A stretch of 46,052 bases of DNA from a virus: IMG/VR virus record IMGVR_UViG_3300045988_022330, positions 1 through 46,052 of that record; one strand, written 5' to 3'. This document shows, piece by piece, positions 33,392 through 41,535 of this stretch; the stretch's first letter is position 1; every line of letters starts with the position of its first letter. The position numbers were made by a program, and so were the translations under genes. Under the pieces are notes generated by a model. It saw only the letters and a list, made by a program, of their open reading frames with translations. It was not told the DNA's origin and made no database searches.

Positions 33392-34081
33392 TTACATATC
33401 CCCGGTTTCGTCGTTTTCCTCGTTTTCGTCCGCCGGGTCGTCAACGTTCGGGAACAATCCGTTGTCCTCTACCTTTTCGGCACTCAAACCCGGTGCGGGT
33501 TCGCCATCAGCCCCGAACAACTCCAATTGCGCCTTTTTGCCTTTGAATAAAAAGGCGTAAACCTCGGTTTCAATATCGGCGGCAATTTCTTCTAATTCTT
33601 CCTCAAACCCGAACGTTTCCGTATTGAATTTAAGGCGGGGCGAATTGATTGCGGTTTTCTGATTGTTCGACACGGTAAACAATCCGGTTAAAACAACCCC
33701 TACGTTATCATCTTGACCGGAAAAGGACACGCCCCGAACCTCTATGTTTTTCAACATTTCGTCGGCAAAATCCCGTGATAACTCGCTTTGTTTCTTGGTT
33801 GCTTTGAAATCGGACGTTTCAACCATTGAAAGAAAGGACGTAATATTAAAAATCCGTCCCATTATTGGGCGCAAACGGTCGAAACAATCCCGCAAATCCG
33901 GGTGTATGTCCTTTGCACTTTCGACGTGGTATTTGTTCGTGTAACTCTCATTGCCGATTGTTTCGGTAACTTCATAATGCACGTCTAACCCGCCGTCCTT
34001 TAATGTCTTTACTTTCGACAATGCAAACGCCTTTTCACTTGGTATCAACATAACGTTTGCGGCTTTTTTTTCTTCGTTCAT
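33392..34081 (-). CDS. Hypothetical protein with an acidic C-terminal tail (229 aa)
   Basis: ORF. The C-terminus DDPADENEENDETGDM recalls the protein-interaction tails of DNA-metabolism proteins. Confidence 0.55.
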   Translation of the reverse strand: MNEEKKAANVMLIPSEKAFALSKVKTLKDGGLDVHYEVTETIGNESYTNKYHVESAKDIHPDLRDCFDRLRPIMGRIFNITSFLSMVETSDFKATKKQSELSRDFADEMLKNIEVRGVSFSGQDDNVGVVLTGLFTVSNNQKTAINSPRLKFNTETFGFEEELEEIAADIETEVYAFLFKGKKAQLELFGADGEPAPGLSAEKVEDNGLFPNVDDPADENEENDETGDM

Positions 34082-34127
34082 ATTATAATATTATTTGTCA
34101 CCGGGAACCCGCCCGGCACGGTTTTAA

Positions 34128-34988
34128 TCAAAATTCGTTTTCGTCCAACAATTCCCGTGTCTTACTATTCGACGGAACCGCCGGGCGTTCCGGTTCCGGG
34201 GTTGGTTCCGGGACGGGTTCCCCGGTTCCGATTGGTTCCGTTACCGGGTTGGGGTCGTGGAACTCAATATTGCGCCCGCCTTTGGGCTTTTCCGGCTCAA
34301 ATTGGGCTTTGAGTTGTTCCGCCGGGTATTCCTTTTGCGCTAACTCAATAATCCCCAAATTAACCAATTCCGGGACGCAACGACGCAACGCCCTTATGTC
34401 CTCTAATGCGTCATGCGCCGGGAATGTTTCGCCGGGGAATAACTTACTATATAATTCCTCTAATTTGGGATATTTTCCCGGTCGCCCGTTTGAATACAAT
34501 GCGCCGACAAACTTAATCGTTTTCATCATTGTATCAATGCGTTTGCCCTTATGTAATGCGTCCTCAACGTGTGCGTCGTAATATTCCCGTCCACAATAGC
34601 GCAAAACGTTTGCTTTTAACATTGAACTATCAAAGTAAATGTTGTGCGCACATACAAGCGGGGCGGCGTTGGCATCCGCTAAAAATTCGTCCACAACCTC
34701 GGCAAACGGCACGCCCTCGGCAATTGCCCGTTCGGTTGTTATACCATGAATTGCGGTTGTTTCCGGGGGTATCTCGTAATTATCGGGTTTGATAATATAA
34801 CTTTTTTCCTTATCGCCCAACGACCATGCCAATTGGACGACGTGCGGGAATTGCTCAAAATCCGCATCCCATTTCAAACCCTTTGCCGGAACCCCGGTTG
34901 TTTCGCAATCAAAGAAACAAACATCTTTCAAATCAAATTTTTGCATAACCTTAAATATTAAATCGTTAATTACTATTTTCGCTCTCAT
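34128..34988 (-). CDS. DEDDh 3-prime-5-prime exonuclease (DnaQ/epsilon-like)
   Basis: ExoI FFDCETTG, ExoII CAHNIYFDSSML, ExoIII HDALEDIRAL. The alternative ATG at 34946 (MQKFDLKD...) would remove the 23-nt overlap with the upstream gene. Pro/Glu-rich C-terminal tail. Confidence 0.85.
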   Translation of the reverse strand: MRAKIVINDLIFKVMQKFDLKDVCFFDCETTGVPAKGLKWDADFEQFPHVVQLAWSLGDKEKSYIIKPDNYEIPPETTAIHGITTERAIAEGVPFAEVVDEFLADANAAPLVCAHNIYFDSSMLKANVLRYCGREYYDAHVEDALHKGKRIDTMMKTIKFVGALYSNGRPGKYPKLEELYSKLFPGETFPAHDALEDIRALRRCVPELVNLGIIELAQKEYPAEQLKAQFEPEKPKGGRNIEFHDPNPVTEPIGTGEPVPEPTPEPERPAVPSNSKTRELLDENEF

Positions 34989-35178
34989 TGCGGTATTTAT
35001 CCCGCTTTTTCTCCAACTCTAAAACGTCCCGGTTTTCGTCTATATACTTTTGGACGTCCCGGTTACAAAACGGTTTTCCGTCCAACCAAAGCAAATGCCA
35101 ATACGGTACGTTTTCCATCGGTTGCCCCTTAAATTTACCTTGTGGCATCGGGGTTTTATCTGTTAATTCCATTATCAA
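34966..35178 (-). CDS. DUF3820-like small protein (70 aa)
   Basis: MPQGKFKGQPMENVPYWHLLWL resembles the MPFGKYKG...P..YL.W motif of DUF3820, which is often linked to exonucleases. Confidence 0.5.
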   Translation of the reverse strand: MIMELTDKTPMPQGKFKGQPMENVPYWHLLWLDGKPFCNRDVQKYIDENRDVLELEKKRDKYRNESENSN

Positions 35179-35419
35179 AATTTAATTGTTCGCCCTCTGA
35201 ATATCGGGGCAATTGTTCAACATAATTTGCTTTTGTTCTCCAAACCATCCGGCAACGCAAACAAGTTATTGCGCTGTAATCGCTACGTTGATACCGCCAA
35301 CCATTAAACGCCGAATGATTGCATTTGTATTGCAATATGCGCCATTTGCGTTGGTTGGCGGGTTTCTTTCTTTCGGTACATTTGCAAGCGGGCATATTAT
35401 AGGGTTTTAGGGTCGTCAA
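35156..35419 (-). CDS. Small cysteine-rich protein (87 aa)
   Basis: ORF with CKC...C...CLRC. Confidence 0.5.
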   Translation of the reverse strand: MTTLKPYNMPACKCTERKKPANQRKWRILQYKCNHSAFNGWRYQRSDYSAITCLRCRMVWRTKANYVEQLPRYSEGEQLNFDNGINR

Positions 35420-35771
35420 TAAACGTATTGTATTCCTCGGCGGCTATCTGTTTGAGCGTTTCGATATGTTCGATTAACTCGGCGTTTGATAAATCCGCCA
35501 CGGTGCGCAAATCGTGGGAATATACCCCCGTTTCCTCGTTGACCCGTTCAACGTACATAATCGGGGAAAATTCCCGCAAACGTCGTTCGGTTTGTTCCTC
35601 TGTAAGACGTTCGCCCGCCTCCCAAATTGCGTGCTTAAACGTCGGTACAACATAGTTGAAATAATACCCTTTCAAAGCCTCGGACGAACCGGGGGACGCT
35701 ACAATAAACCGGGCAATAATGCGGGAACCTTTCCAACCCTTGAAAAACTCGTTTAATTCCCCCATGTACAT
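35397..35771 (-). CDS. Hypothetical protein (124 aa from the ATG at 35771; alternative ATG at 35828)
   Basis: The track ORF start at 35828 overlaps the upstream gene by 44 nt. The ATG at 35771 (MYMGELNEFF...) lies 13 nt after that stop. Confidence 0.5.
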   Translation of the reverse strand: MYMGELNEFFKGWKGSRIIARFIVASPGSSEALKGYYFNYVVPTFKHAIWEAGERLTEEQTERRLREFSPIMYVERVNEETGVYSHDLRTVADLSNAELIEHIETLKQIAAEEYNTFIDDPKTL

Positions 35772-35784
35772 TGCCAACCCGCCG

Positions 35785-36933
35785 TTATTGTTTATTGTCC
35801 CCGTCGCTGTTATTTCTCGCTTTTTCATCGGCTATTAATTTTTTCATTGTGTTACTAAATGCCGTCATTCCTAAAGTATGAATAACGCCCCGTTCCATGC
35901 TTGACAATCGGGTTTCCCGCTTATCCATAATCTTTGCGAACGTAACGACAAATTCGCCCGGCTCCAACAATCCGGCGGCGTGCAATTTGTCGATTGGGTG
36001 CGCTTGTAAACGTTCGGTCGGCTTCAACTCTTTACGGGCTTTTTCTCGCTTTTCCCATATATCCCGAATTGCGGCGGCGGCATTGTCGTAAAACAACCGC
36101 ATTTTCAAAACATCGGCAATTGATAAATCAGCCACGGCGGTTGGTTGCTCTTTTTCCGGCTCCGGTTCCGCCGTAACGGGCGCAACCTTACCGTTGTTCA
36201 CTCCATACCCAAATAACGCAAAATCGCCCCTTGTTGGGTCGTCCGGGAATATCTCGGCGAAACGGTCGGTTATCTCAATGGCTGTTTGCAAATCCGGCGT
36301 CCGGCGTTTTACAAGCCCCAACCGCAACGCTTGTTTATGTACGTGTGTATCTAATGGGATAATCAAATTACGGGGGTCGCAAATCGTCCACAATCCAAAG
36401 TCAACCGGGGAACCGTGGCGACACATCCAACGCAAAAACATACATAAGCGTTTGCAACCGCTTTTCGTTTCCATATCCGGCACGCCCTTAACATCGCCGA
36501 AAAGACGTTGCAATTGTTCCAACGGACGCCCGCCCGGTTGCGCTTGCAATGCCTTTTCCATGTTCTCAAACTTACTATATACGTCAAACAAGCGGGCGCA
36601 AAGGTCGTGAAAATCGGCGTATGTAAACGTTCTATAAAAATTCTCTTTACTGCCTTTGTATTGCTTCCATTCCGGGGCGGCTCCCTGCGTATCGGTTCCA
36701 ACAATGTAATGATACGGCGCACCCTTGAAAATTTCCCGGTCGATAAAATCCGCCTTTTGGATTATCTGTTTGCGGGAACCCCACGCAATCCACGCCGTAA
36801 CAAATGCGCTAATCTCAATATTTACCCGGCTATCGTAACGGTGCGGGATTTGCACCGGGTCGGATTGGATAAACTCGGCGGTTTCGTATTGTTCCGCCCA
36901 ACGTTTCAAATTATCGTTCAATGTATATGCCAT
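35785..36933 (-). CDS. TIGR02757/DUF2400-like protein with an HhH DNA-glycosylase-like core and a ~120-aa C-terminal extension (382 aa)
   Basis: The N-terminus (SDPVQIPHRY......EISAFVTAWIAWGSRKQI) matches my recollection of the DUF2400 family. IIPLDTHVHKQALRLGLV......L..A.EIT..F.EIFPDDP...DFALFGYG parallels the VDTHV.R...RLGL block of EndoIII/MutY-type glycosylases. Confidence 0.55.
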   Translation of the reverse strand: MAYTLNDNLKRWAEQYETAEFIQSDPVQIPHRYDSRVNIEISAFVTAWIAWGSRKQIIQKADFIDREIFKGAPYHYIVGTDTQGAAPEWKQYKGSKENFYRTFTYADFHDLCARLFDVYSKFENMEKALQAQPGGRPLEQLQRLFGDVKGVPDMETKSGCKRLCMFLRWMCRHGSPVDFGLWTICDPRNLIIPLDTHVHKQALRLGLVKRRTPDLQTAIEITDRFAEIFPDDPTRGDFALFGYGVNNGKVAPVTAEPEPEKEQPTAVADLSIADVLKMRLFYDNAAAAIRDIWEKREKARKELKPTERLQAHPIDKLHAAGLLEPGEFVVTFAKIMDKRETRLSSMERGVIHTLGMTAFSNTMKKLIADEKARNNSDGDNKQ

Positions 36934-36958
36934 TGTTTTAGATTTTAAGGGGACGGAA

Positions 36959-36979
36959 AGCCCGCCCCCGGTTATTATT
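36959..36979 (-). repeat. GC-rich intergenic stem-loop
   Basis: ggggacgg-gaaagc-ccgccccc (one mismatch), spanning the ATPase stop and preceding the ATG at 36933. Confidence 0.55.
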
Positions 36980-38420
36980 CGTTTTCTGTGTATTCCTCAA
37001 CAACTAAATCGGTTTGTCCTCGCTTCACTTCCTCAATGAACCCTTGAAAACCGTTTTGTTTAGCAATGTCAATGATTGCTTGCAAACGCTTTTCGCCCAA
37101 ACTTTCGCCCCTCGCAATGCGGAATACCTTAACCGTCGGATTGCTTGCAATAATCAGTTTGGCGGCGACCTCCATAATTTGACTATCTGAAACTTTCCCG
37201 GCGACGAACGGCACGCCGTTTAACTCTAAACCGTCGTCCGTGAACGAAAGCCCGGCAATCGGTAATTTGGACGTTGCAATAAGTGTTTCCCTTTCCTTTG
37301 CCAATGCGCCTAATTTGTCCTCAAACGTGCGGGCGGTTTTCTCGGCGGCTTCCTTTTGTTTCTTTTTTTCCATGTAATCCACAACCAACGCATTGATACG
37401 GTTGTGTTCCTCGGCTTTTTTGAGTTGTTCCGCCGTGTCTAATTGTTCCGGGTTATTGGCTTCGTATTCCTCTAACCATTTGTCGGCATTCGCTTTACGT
37501 TTCACAAACTCGGATTTGTCATTTACGATAACTTGCAACGTTTCCTTATAATCGTTTTCAATGGCTTTTTTGTTGGCTTTCGCATCTTCTTTGGCTTTTT
37601 CCAACCGGGCGTTTGCCTCGGCAATTATCCGGGCAACTTCTTTTTCCTCGGCGGCTAATTTGTCGTCGATTGCCTTAATATTACTTTTTCGGGTTTCTTC
37701 CGCCTCTTTAATTCGTCCGGGGATTGCCTCCAATTGTTCAATCCTTTGTTGCCGGGCTTGGCGTACCGTTTTCGCTTTCTCAATCAACCGGGCATTTTCG
37801 TTTTGCTCTTCCATCAACGCCGTAATATCCTTTTTCTCGGCATACGTTTTGACGTCGCCGGGTTTCAATTGCTTTTCAGCGTTTGCGCAAATGGTTGTGT
37901 ACGTCTTAACCTCGGCGTTGGCGTCCTTTCGTTTGTCCTTAACGGTCGTAACCTCGGCGTCAATTTCTGCAATTCGGGTGCGCACCTTTTCCGGCAACAA
38001 AGCCTTTACAACCTCAATTTGTTTGCGGCGTCCCTCGGCGGTTTCACTCCAACGGGAAAACTCCACGGCGTCAAAATCTTGGTAGCCGAAAATCTTTTGC
38101 AACATTGAAACGTTATCCGAACGCATCCCGGTTGTTTGTGATTTTATGGATAACGTCCCACGTGGGTTGGCTTTGGTAAACTTTAATTCGACTTCGTAAT
38201 TTTCGCCGTCGTTACCTACTACCATTTTTGCAAATCCTTTGTCCTCTCCATTTTTCAACACGGCGTCCCGGTTCCCGGTCAACATTGCGCCGATTGCTTT
38301 TAATAGGGTTGATTTGCCTAACTCGTTGTCCCCGGTAATGAAATATACATTACCCTCAAAATCTGCGTTGAACTCTTTGATAACTTGAAAATTCAACAAT
38401 TCCAATTTCTTAATATACAT
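36975..38420 (-). CDS. SMC/Rad50/SbcC-like AAA ATPase with a long coiled coil (481 aa)
   Basis: The N-terminus (IKKLELLNFQ......F..NVYFITGDNELGKSTLLKAI) is the Walker-A head typical of the RecF/RecN/SMC family. About 250 aa of Lys/Glu/Ala coiled coil follows, then a C-terminal head segment ending FQGFIEEV. Confidence 0.7.
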   Translation of the reverse strand: MYIKKLELLNFQVIKEFNADFEGNVYFITGDNELGKSTLLKAIGAMLTGNRDAVLKNGEDKGFAKMVVGNDGENYEVELKFTKANPRGTLSIKSQTTGMRSDNVSMLQKIFGYQDFDAVEFSRWSETAEGRRKQIEVVKALLPEKVRTRIAEIDAEVTTVKDKRKDANAEVKTYTTICANAEKQLKPGDVKTYAEKKDITALMEEQNENARLIEKAKTVRQARQQRIEQLEAIPGRIKEAEETRKSNIKAIDDKLAAEEKEVARIIAEANARLEKAKEDAKANKKAIENDYKETLQVIVNDKSEFVKRKANADKWLEEYEANNPEQLDTAEQLKKAEEHNRINALVVDYMEKKKQKEAAEKTARTFEDKLGALAKERETLIATSKLPIAGLSFTDDGLELNGVPFVAGKVSDSQIMEVAAKLIIASNPTVKVFRIARGESLGEKRLQAIIDIAKQNGFQGFIEEVKRGQTDLVVEEYTENE

Positions 38421-38436
38421 CGCTCTAATTGTTTAT

Positions 38437-38454
38437 GCCGGGGGTTCCCCCGGC
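38437..38454 (-). repeat. GC-rich intergenic stem-loop (family member)
   Basis: gccgggg-gttc-ccccggc followed by ataaacaattagagcgATG. Confidence 0.65.
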
Positions 38455-38462
38455 GGTTATTA

Positions 38463-38645
38463 CTATTTTGTTGTTAATCTCATTCGTTGGTGTATCATGG
38501 TTTGCACCTTATTAAGCGCATCCCGGTTGGCGTCAACCTCTGACCGGGTACAATCAGCAATGAAATTTTCCAAACTCTTATATAAGTCGTTTAATTCCTT
38601 TGCCGTCATTGCGTGCCGAACGGCTCCCAATTCGTCCTTATCCAT
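38463..38645 (-). CDS. Hypothetical protein (60 aa)
   Basis: ORF with an 8-nt overlap to the upstream gene. Confidence 0.45.
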   Translation of the reverse strand: MDKDELGAVRHAMTAKELNDLYKSLENFIADCTRSEVDANRDALNKVQTMIHQRMRLTTK

Positions 38646-38841
38646 TTTTACAAACTCTTTTAAGCGTTTCTAAATCCCGGCGTTTGGGTTCGTCGGCGTT
38701 CTTTGTCGCATCAATCAACGGCATATCGTTTGTTGTTGCCGTCCATTGTTTCCCGGTAACGGGGGAAGTATAAGTTACTTTATAATGTCCGTAACCGCTT
38801 GGAATAAAACTAAAATCGTAAATACTTGTTTTCGCTCTCAT
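38638..38841 (-). CDS. Hypothetical protein (67 aa)
   Basis: First ORF after the promoter/leader cassette at 38863..38948. Confidence 0.5.
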   Translation of the reverse strand: MRAKTSIYDFSFIPSGYGHYKVTYTSPVTGKQWTATTNDMPLIDATKNADEPKRRDLETLKRVCKNG

Positions 38842-38861
38842 ACTATTTTGTTTTTATAGTT

Positions 38862-38879
38862 ACCGGGAAAACGCCCGGT
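38862..38879 (-). repeat. Promoter-proximal leader stem-loop
   Basis: accggg-aaaacg-cccggt. Relative to the 2320..2335 copy, the stem carries a compensatory double change (cgggg/ccccg versus ccggg/cccgg). Confidence 0.65.
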
Positions 38880-38897
38880 CGTGTTATTATCATGCCG

Positions 38898-38928
38898 CAA
38901 ATATACGTATAGTTTTTATATTACCAAA
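38898..38928 (-). promoter_or_regulatory. Bacteroidota-type promoter (-33 TTTG, 19 nt, -7 TATATTTG)
   Basis: Minus strand reads agTTTTGgtaatataaaaactatacgTATATTTGcggc. About 85 percent identical, by eye, to the 2355..2386 promoter region. Confidence 0.7.
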
Positions 38929-38949
38929 ACTTTTATCTTTTATTTTCGG

Positions 38950-39141
38950 CTATTTTTTTATTTTCCGCAATAATCGCCCCAAAACAACGCATTTACCCAC
39001 GTCGCCAAACTCAACTAACATATTACCGTTGCGCCCTCTTATACATTTACCATCGGAACGACGAACCGCCCGGCACGGCATACGTCGCAATTCCGGGCGG
39101 GTCAATCGGTCGCCTAAATAGATATAATCCATTTCGTCCAT
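38950..39141 (-). CDS. Hypothetical basic protein (63 aa)
   Basis: ORF that ends just before the internal promoter. Confidence 0.45.
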   Translation of the reverse strand: MDEMDYIYLGDRLTRPELRRMPCRAVRRSDGKCIRGRNGNMLVEFGDVGKCVVLGRLLRKIKK

Positions 39142-39142
39142 A

Positions 39143-39364
39143 TCAAAACAATTTCATTTGTGTATCGGTCAATACAGCAACGACCGCATCAACTTTGCGT
39201 TCCCAACTTTCCAACGTTGCCAATTTCTCCGGGGTTGGGTTCCGTTGGCAACGTCGTTGGTTGTGCCGCATCTGTTTTACCATTTCCGCCAAATCTTTTG
39301 CCGTTATTTTTTCGGGATTTTCGATTTGCGGGGCTTTTGTTTCGTTTGCCATACAAGTAACCAT
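39143..39364 (-). CDS. Hypothetical protein (73 aa; alternative start MANETK at 39352)
   Basis: ORF, 1 nt from the next start. Confidence 0.5.
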   Translation of the reverse strand: MVTCMANETKAPQIENPEKITAKDLAEMVKQMRHNQRRCQRNPTPEKLATLESWERKVDAVVAVLTDTQMKLF

Positions 39365-39390
39365 TTGAATAATTAAACGCCCCTACGGGC

Positions 39391-39945
39391 TTAAAATAAA
39401 CGGTTGTGCATTTGTTGGGGCAAATTTTCCAAAACCCAACGGGGGTTATTCTGTAAAATGAACCGTCCAAAGTGCATTATTAACGTTGCGTCCGCATTCC
39501 ATAACGCCGGGGTAATCTCCGGGTATAATTTCCCCGCAATATCCCGGAACCGTCGTTTGCGGTCTGCCTTTTCCTCCTTTTTCCCTTTTACCTTTATACG
39601 CAATTTAAGGTCATTTTGCCACTTCATAGCATTAACCAAAACAAATGGTATTTCGGCGACGGTTATAATGGCTTTCAAATGCTCAAAGTTTTGCAACATC
39701 TTTTGAATGCGGTATAATTTACCCATGTTTGCCCCGGTATCGCCAACCGTTACGTCGTCCGGGCGAACACTCAATTTTTCCAAAAAGATAATCGGTGTGC
39801 AAATCTCTTTGTAATAGTTCAGAAAATCCCGTATCTCGTTAATGTCTTTAGGCATCTTAATTGCCGTTGCGTTGTGGTTGGGTCGCCAAACCACGATACC
39901 CCCGGCGGCTCCGGGGTCAATCCCAATAATACAATCTATTTTCAT
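39391..39945 (-). CDS. RuvC-like Holliday junction resolvase (184 aa)
   Basis: The N-terminal IIGIDPGAAGGIVV motif is the first catalytic Asp strand of the RNase H/RuvC fold. Later acidic residues (FLEK, NADATLI) fit the same fold. TAATG overlap with the methyltransferase stop. Confidence 0.6.
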   Translation of the reverse strand: MKIDCIIGIDPGAAGGIVVWRPNHNATAIKMPKDINEIRDFLNYYKEICTPIIFLEKLSVRPDDVTVGDTGANMGKLYRIQKMLQNFEHLKAIITVAEIPFVLVNAMKWQNDLKLRIKVKGKKEEKADRKRRFRDIAGKLYPEITPALWNADATLIMHFGRFILQNNPRWVLENLPQQMHNRLF

Positions 39946-40577
39946 TAGAATAAATATTGTGTAATAGTTTTACTCTTAATTCTTTCAATTGCTTTATTAT
40001 AATAATCTGTATCTAATTCACAACCAATAAATTGCAAATTCAATTTTTCTCTCTTATTGATTATATCTATTGCAATTGCAATACTTCCACTTCCTAAATG
40101 AGTATCTAAAATTTTATAACCTTTTTCGGCATTACGCATTATAAGCCATTCATATAATTCTATTGGTTTCTGTGTTGGATGTATCTTATTTTGTTCTTTC
40201 ATAACACTCAACGACCATATTTTTGCAGGTTTTTGAATTGAAGACCATGCGTATTCACACATTGCCAAAGAAAAATTTTCCGGCTGTTTTTTATCCCATA
40301 TATAAAAACCTTGCGACGGGGGCAAATCAAAATAATTTCCGCCCCATATTATTTGGTTTTTGCTCACTCTAAATAATTCATCAAAATATTGTTTGCTTGG
40401 TATTTCATTATCCCAATCTTTTTTCTTGTGCATTTGTCTAACCGGATTTTTACTAATCCCAATACCATACGGCGGGTCAACAATAGCCAAATCAAAATAT
40501 TTATCCGAATATCTTTTCATTAAATCTAAATTATTCTCATTTGTTATCTCTATGTTATCATTTATTTTCATAATCAA
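39945..40577 (-). CDS. DNA methyltransferase, N6-adenine/N4-cytosine family, beta-class motif order (210 aa)
   Basis: Motif IV DPPYG (LAIVDPPYGIG) precedes the AdoMet motif I (ILDTHLGSGSIAIA). HPTQKP is also present. No cognate nuclease is adjacent. Visibly AT-rich DNA. Confidence 0.85.
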   Translation of the reverse strand: MIMKINDNIEITNENNLDLMKRYSDKYFDLAIVDPPYGIGISKNPVRQMHKKKDWDNEIPSKQYFDELFRVSKNQIIWGGNYFDLPPSQGFYIWDKKQPENFSLAMCEYAWSSIQKPAKIWSLSVMKEQNKIHPTQKPIELYEWLIMRNAEKGYKILDTHLGSGSIAIAIDIINKREKLNLQFIGCELDTDYYNKAIERIKSKTITQYLF

Positions 40578-41535
40578 ATTTTAAATAATTGTAAATGTAA
40601 ACTTCGTCCTTAATCATCCGGTCGAACGTCCGTTTAATCTCTTTACGCCGGGCAACCTCAAAGGCTGTATAATCAATTTCCGGGCTTTGGGTTCCTTGTT
40701 TCCGAACGTGATAAACCGTAAATTCATTAACGAACCCACGGGCGGCACGTGCCAAAAATCGGTTATACGCTTCTTTCCGGTCGTCCTCGGTTTCTTTCAC
40801 TTCATCCGCTAACCCAACGCCCAACAACCAATTATAAACAAACATTTCGTCGGTTAATCCAAACACTAAACGCCCGGTATATTTATAGCGCATAAAACAC
40901 ATTAAACAAGTCATAACCGATTGATTGCGATAATACCGGATTTGTTCCGGGCTTAACTCCTTTTTCGGTTCCGGCAACGCTGTATATGCTTTGCCGATAA
41001 CTTGGTTTTGTTTCCGGCAATATGCGTTCAATACCTTTGCGAAATAATCGGCGTTGAATTGTTGGTAATGTTTCCGTTCGGCGTTGCCGTCCCTATCCTT
41101 TGGCAAATAGTCGTCTAATTCCCCGGTAATCAGCAATTCAAACGCTAATTTAACCTCGGATAATGTTAATTGCGAATAATAGCGTTTGAGCAAATCCAAC
41201 AACCGGGTACAAATATACGTCCAATCGTCCCGGTTTTCCGTGGGAATGATAAACCCCACGTCCATTGCGATAAACCGGAACATTTGCCCGGTTTTGGCAA
41301 TCAACGTTTCGTCGTCAATCTCGGCAATCTGTTTTTTTGTGGACGCCACGAAAATATACTTTTCAACCGGGGTTAATGCTTTGGCAACCTCCGGTAACTC
41401 AACCATCGCCCGGCGAACGTCAATTGCTTTTGCCGTTCCGCTATAAAGCAAAACGGCGGCGGATTGTCGTTTTTCGGGCAACGTTTGTGGCAATCTGTTT
41501 GTCTTTTCGGGTAATGCTTCCATGTTAATAATCAT
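40558..41535 (-). CDS. Hypothetical replication-module protein (325 aa; alternative ATG at 41523)
   Basis: ORF directly downstream of the initiator gene. No nucleotide-binding motif seen. Confidence 0.55.
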   Translation of the reverse strand: MIINMEALPEKTNRLPQTLPEKRQSAAVLLYSGTAKAIDVRRAMVELPEVAKALTPVEKYIFVASTKKQIAEIDDETLIAKTGQMFRFIAMDVGFIIPTENRDDWTYICTRLLDLLKRYYSQLTLSEVKLAFELLITGELDDYLPKDRDGNAERKHYQQFNADYFAKVLNAYCRKQNQVIGKAYTALPEPKKELSPEQIRYYRNQSVMTCLMCFMRYKYTGRLVFGLTDEMFVYNWLLGVGLADEVKETEDDRKEAYNRFLARAARGFVNEFTVYHVRKQGTQSPEIDYTAFEVARRKEIKRTFDRMIKDEVYIYNYLKFDYENK

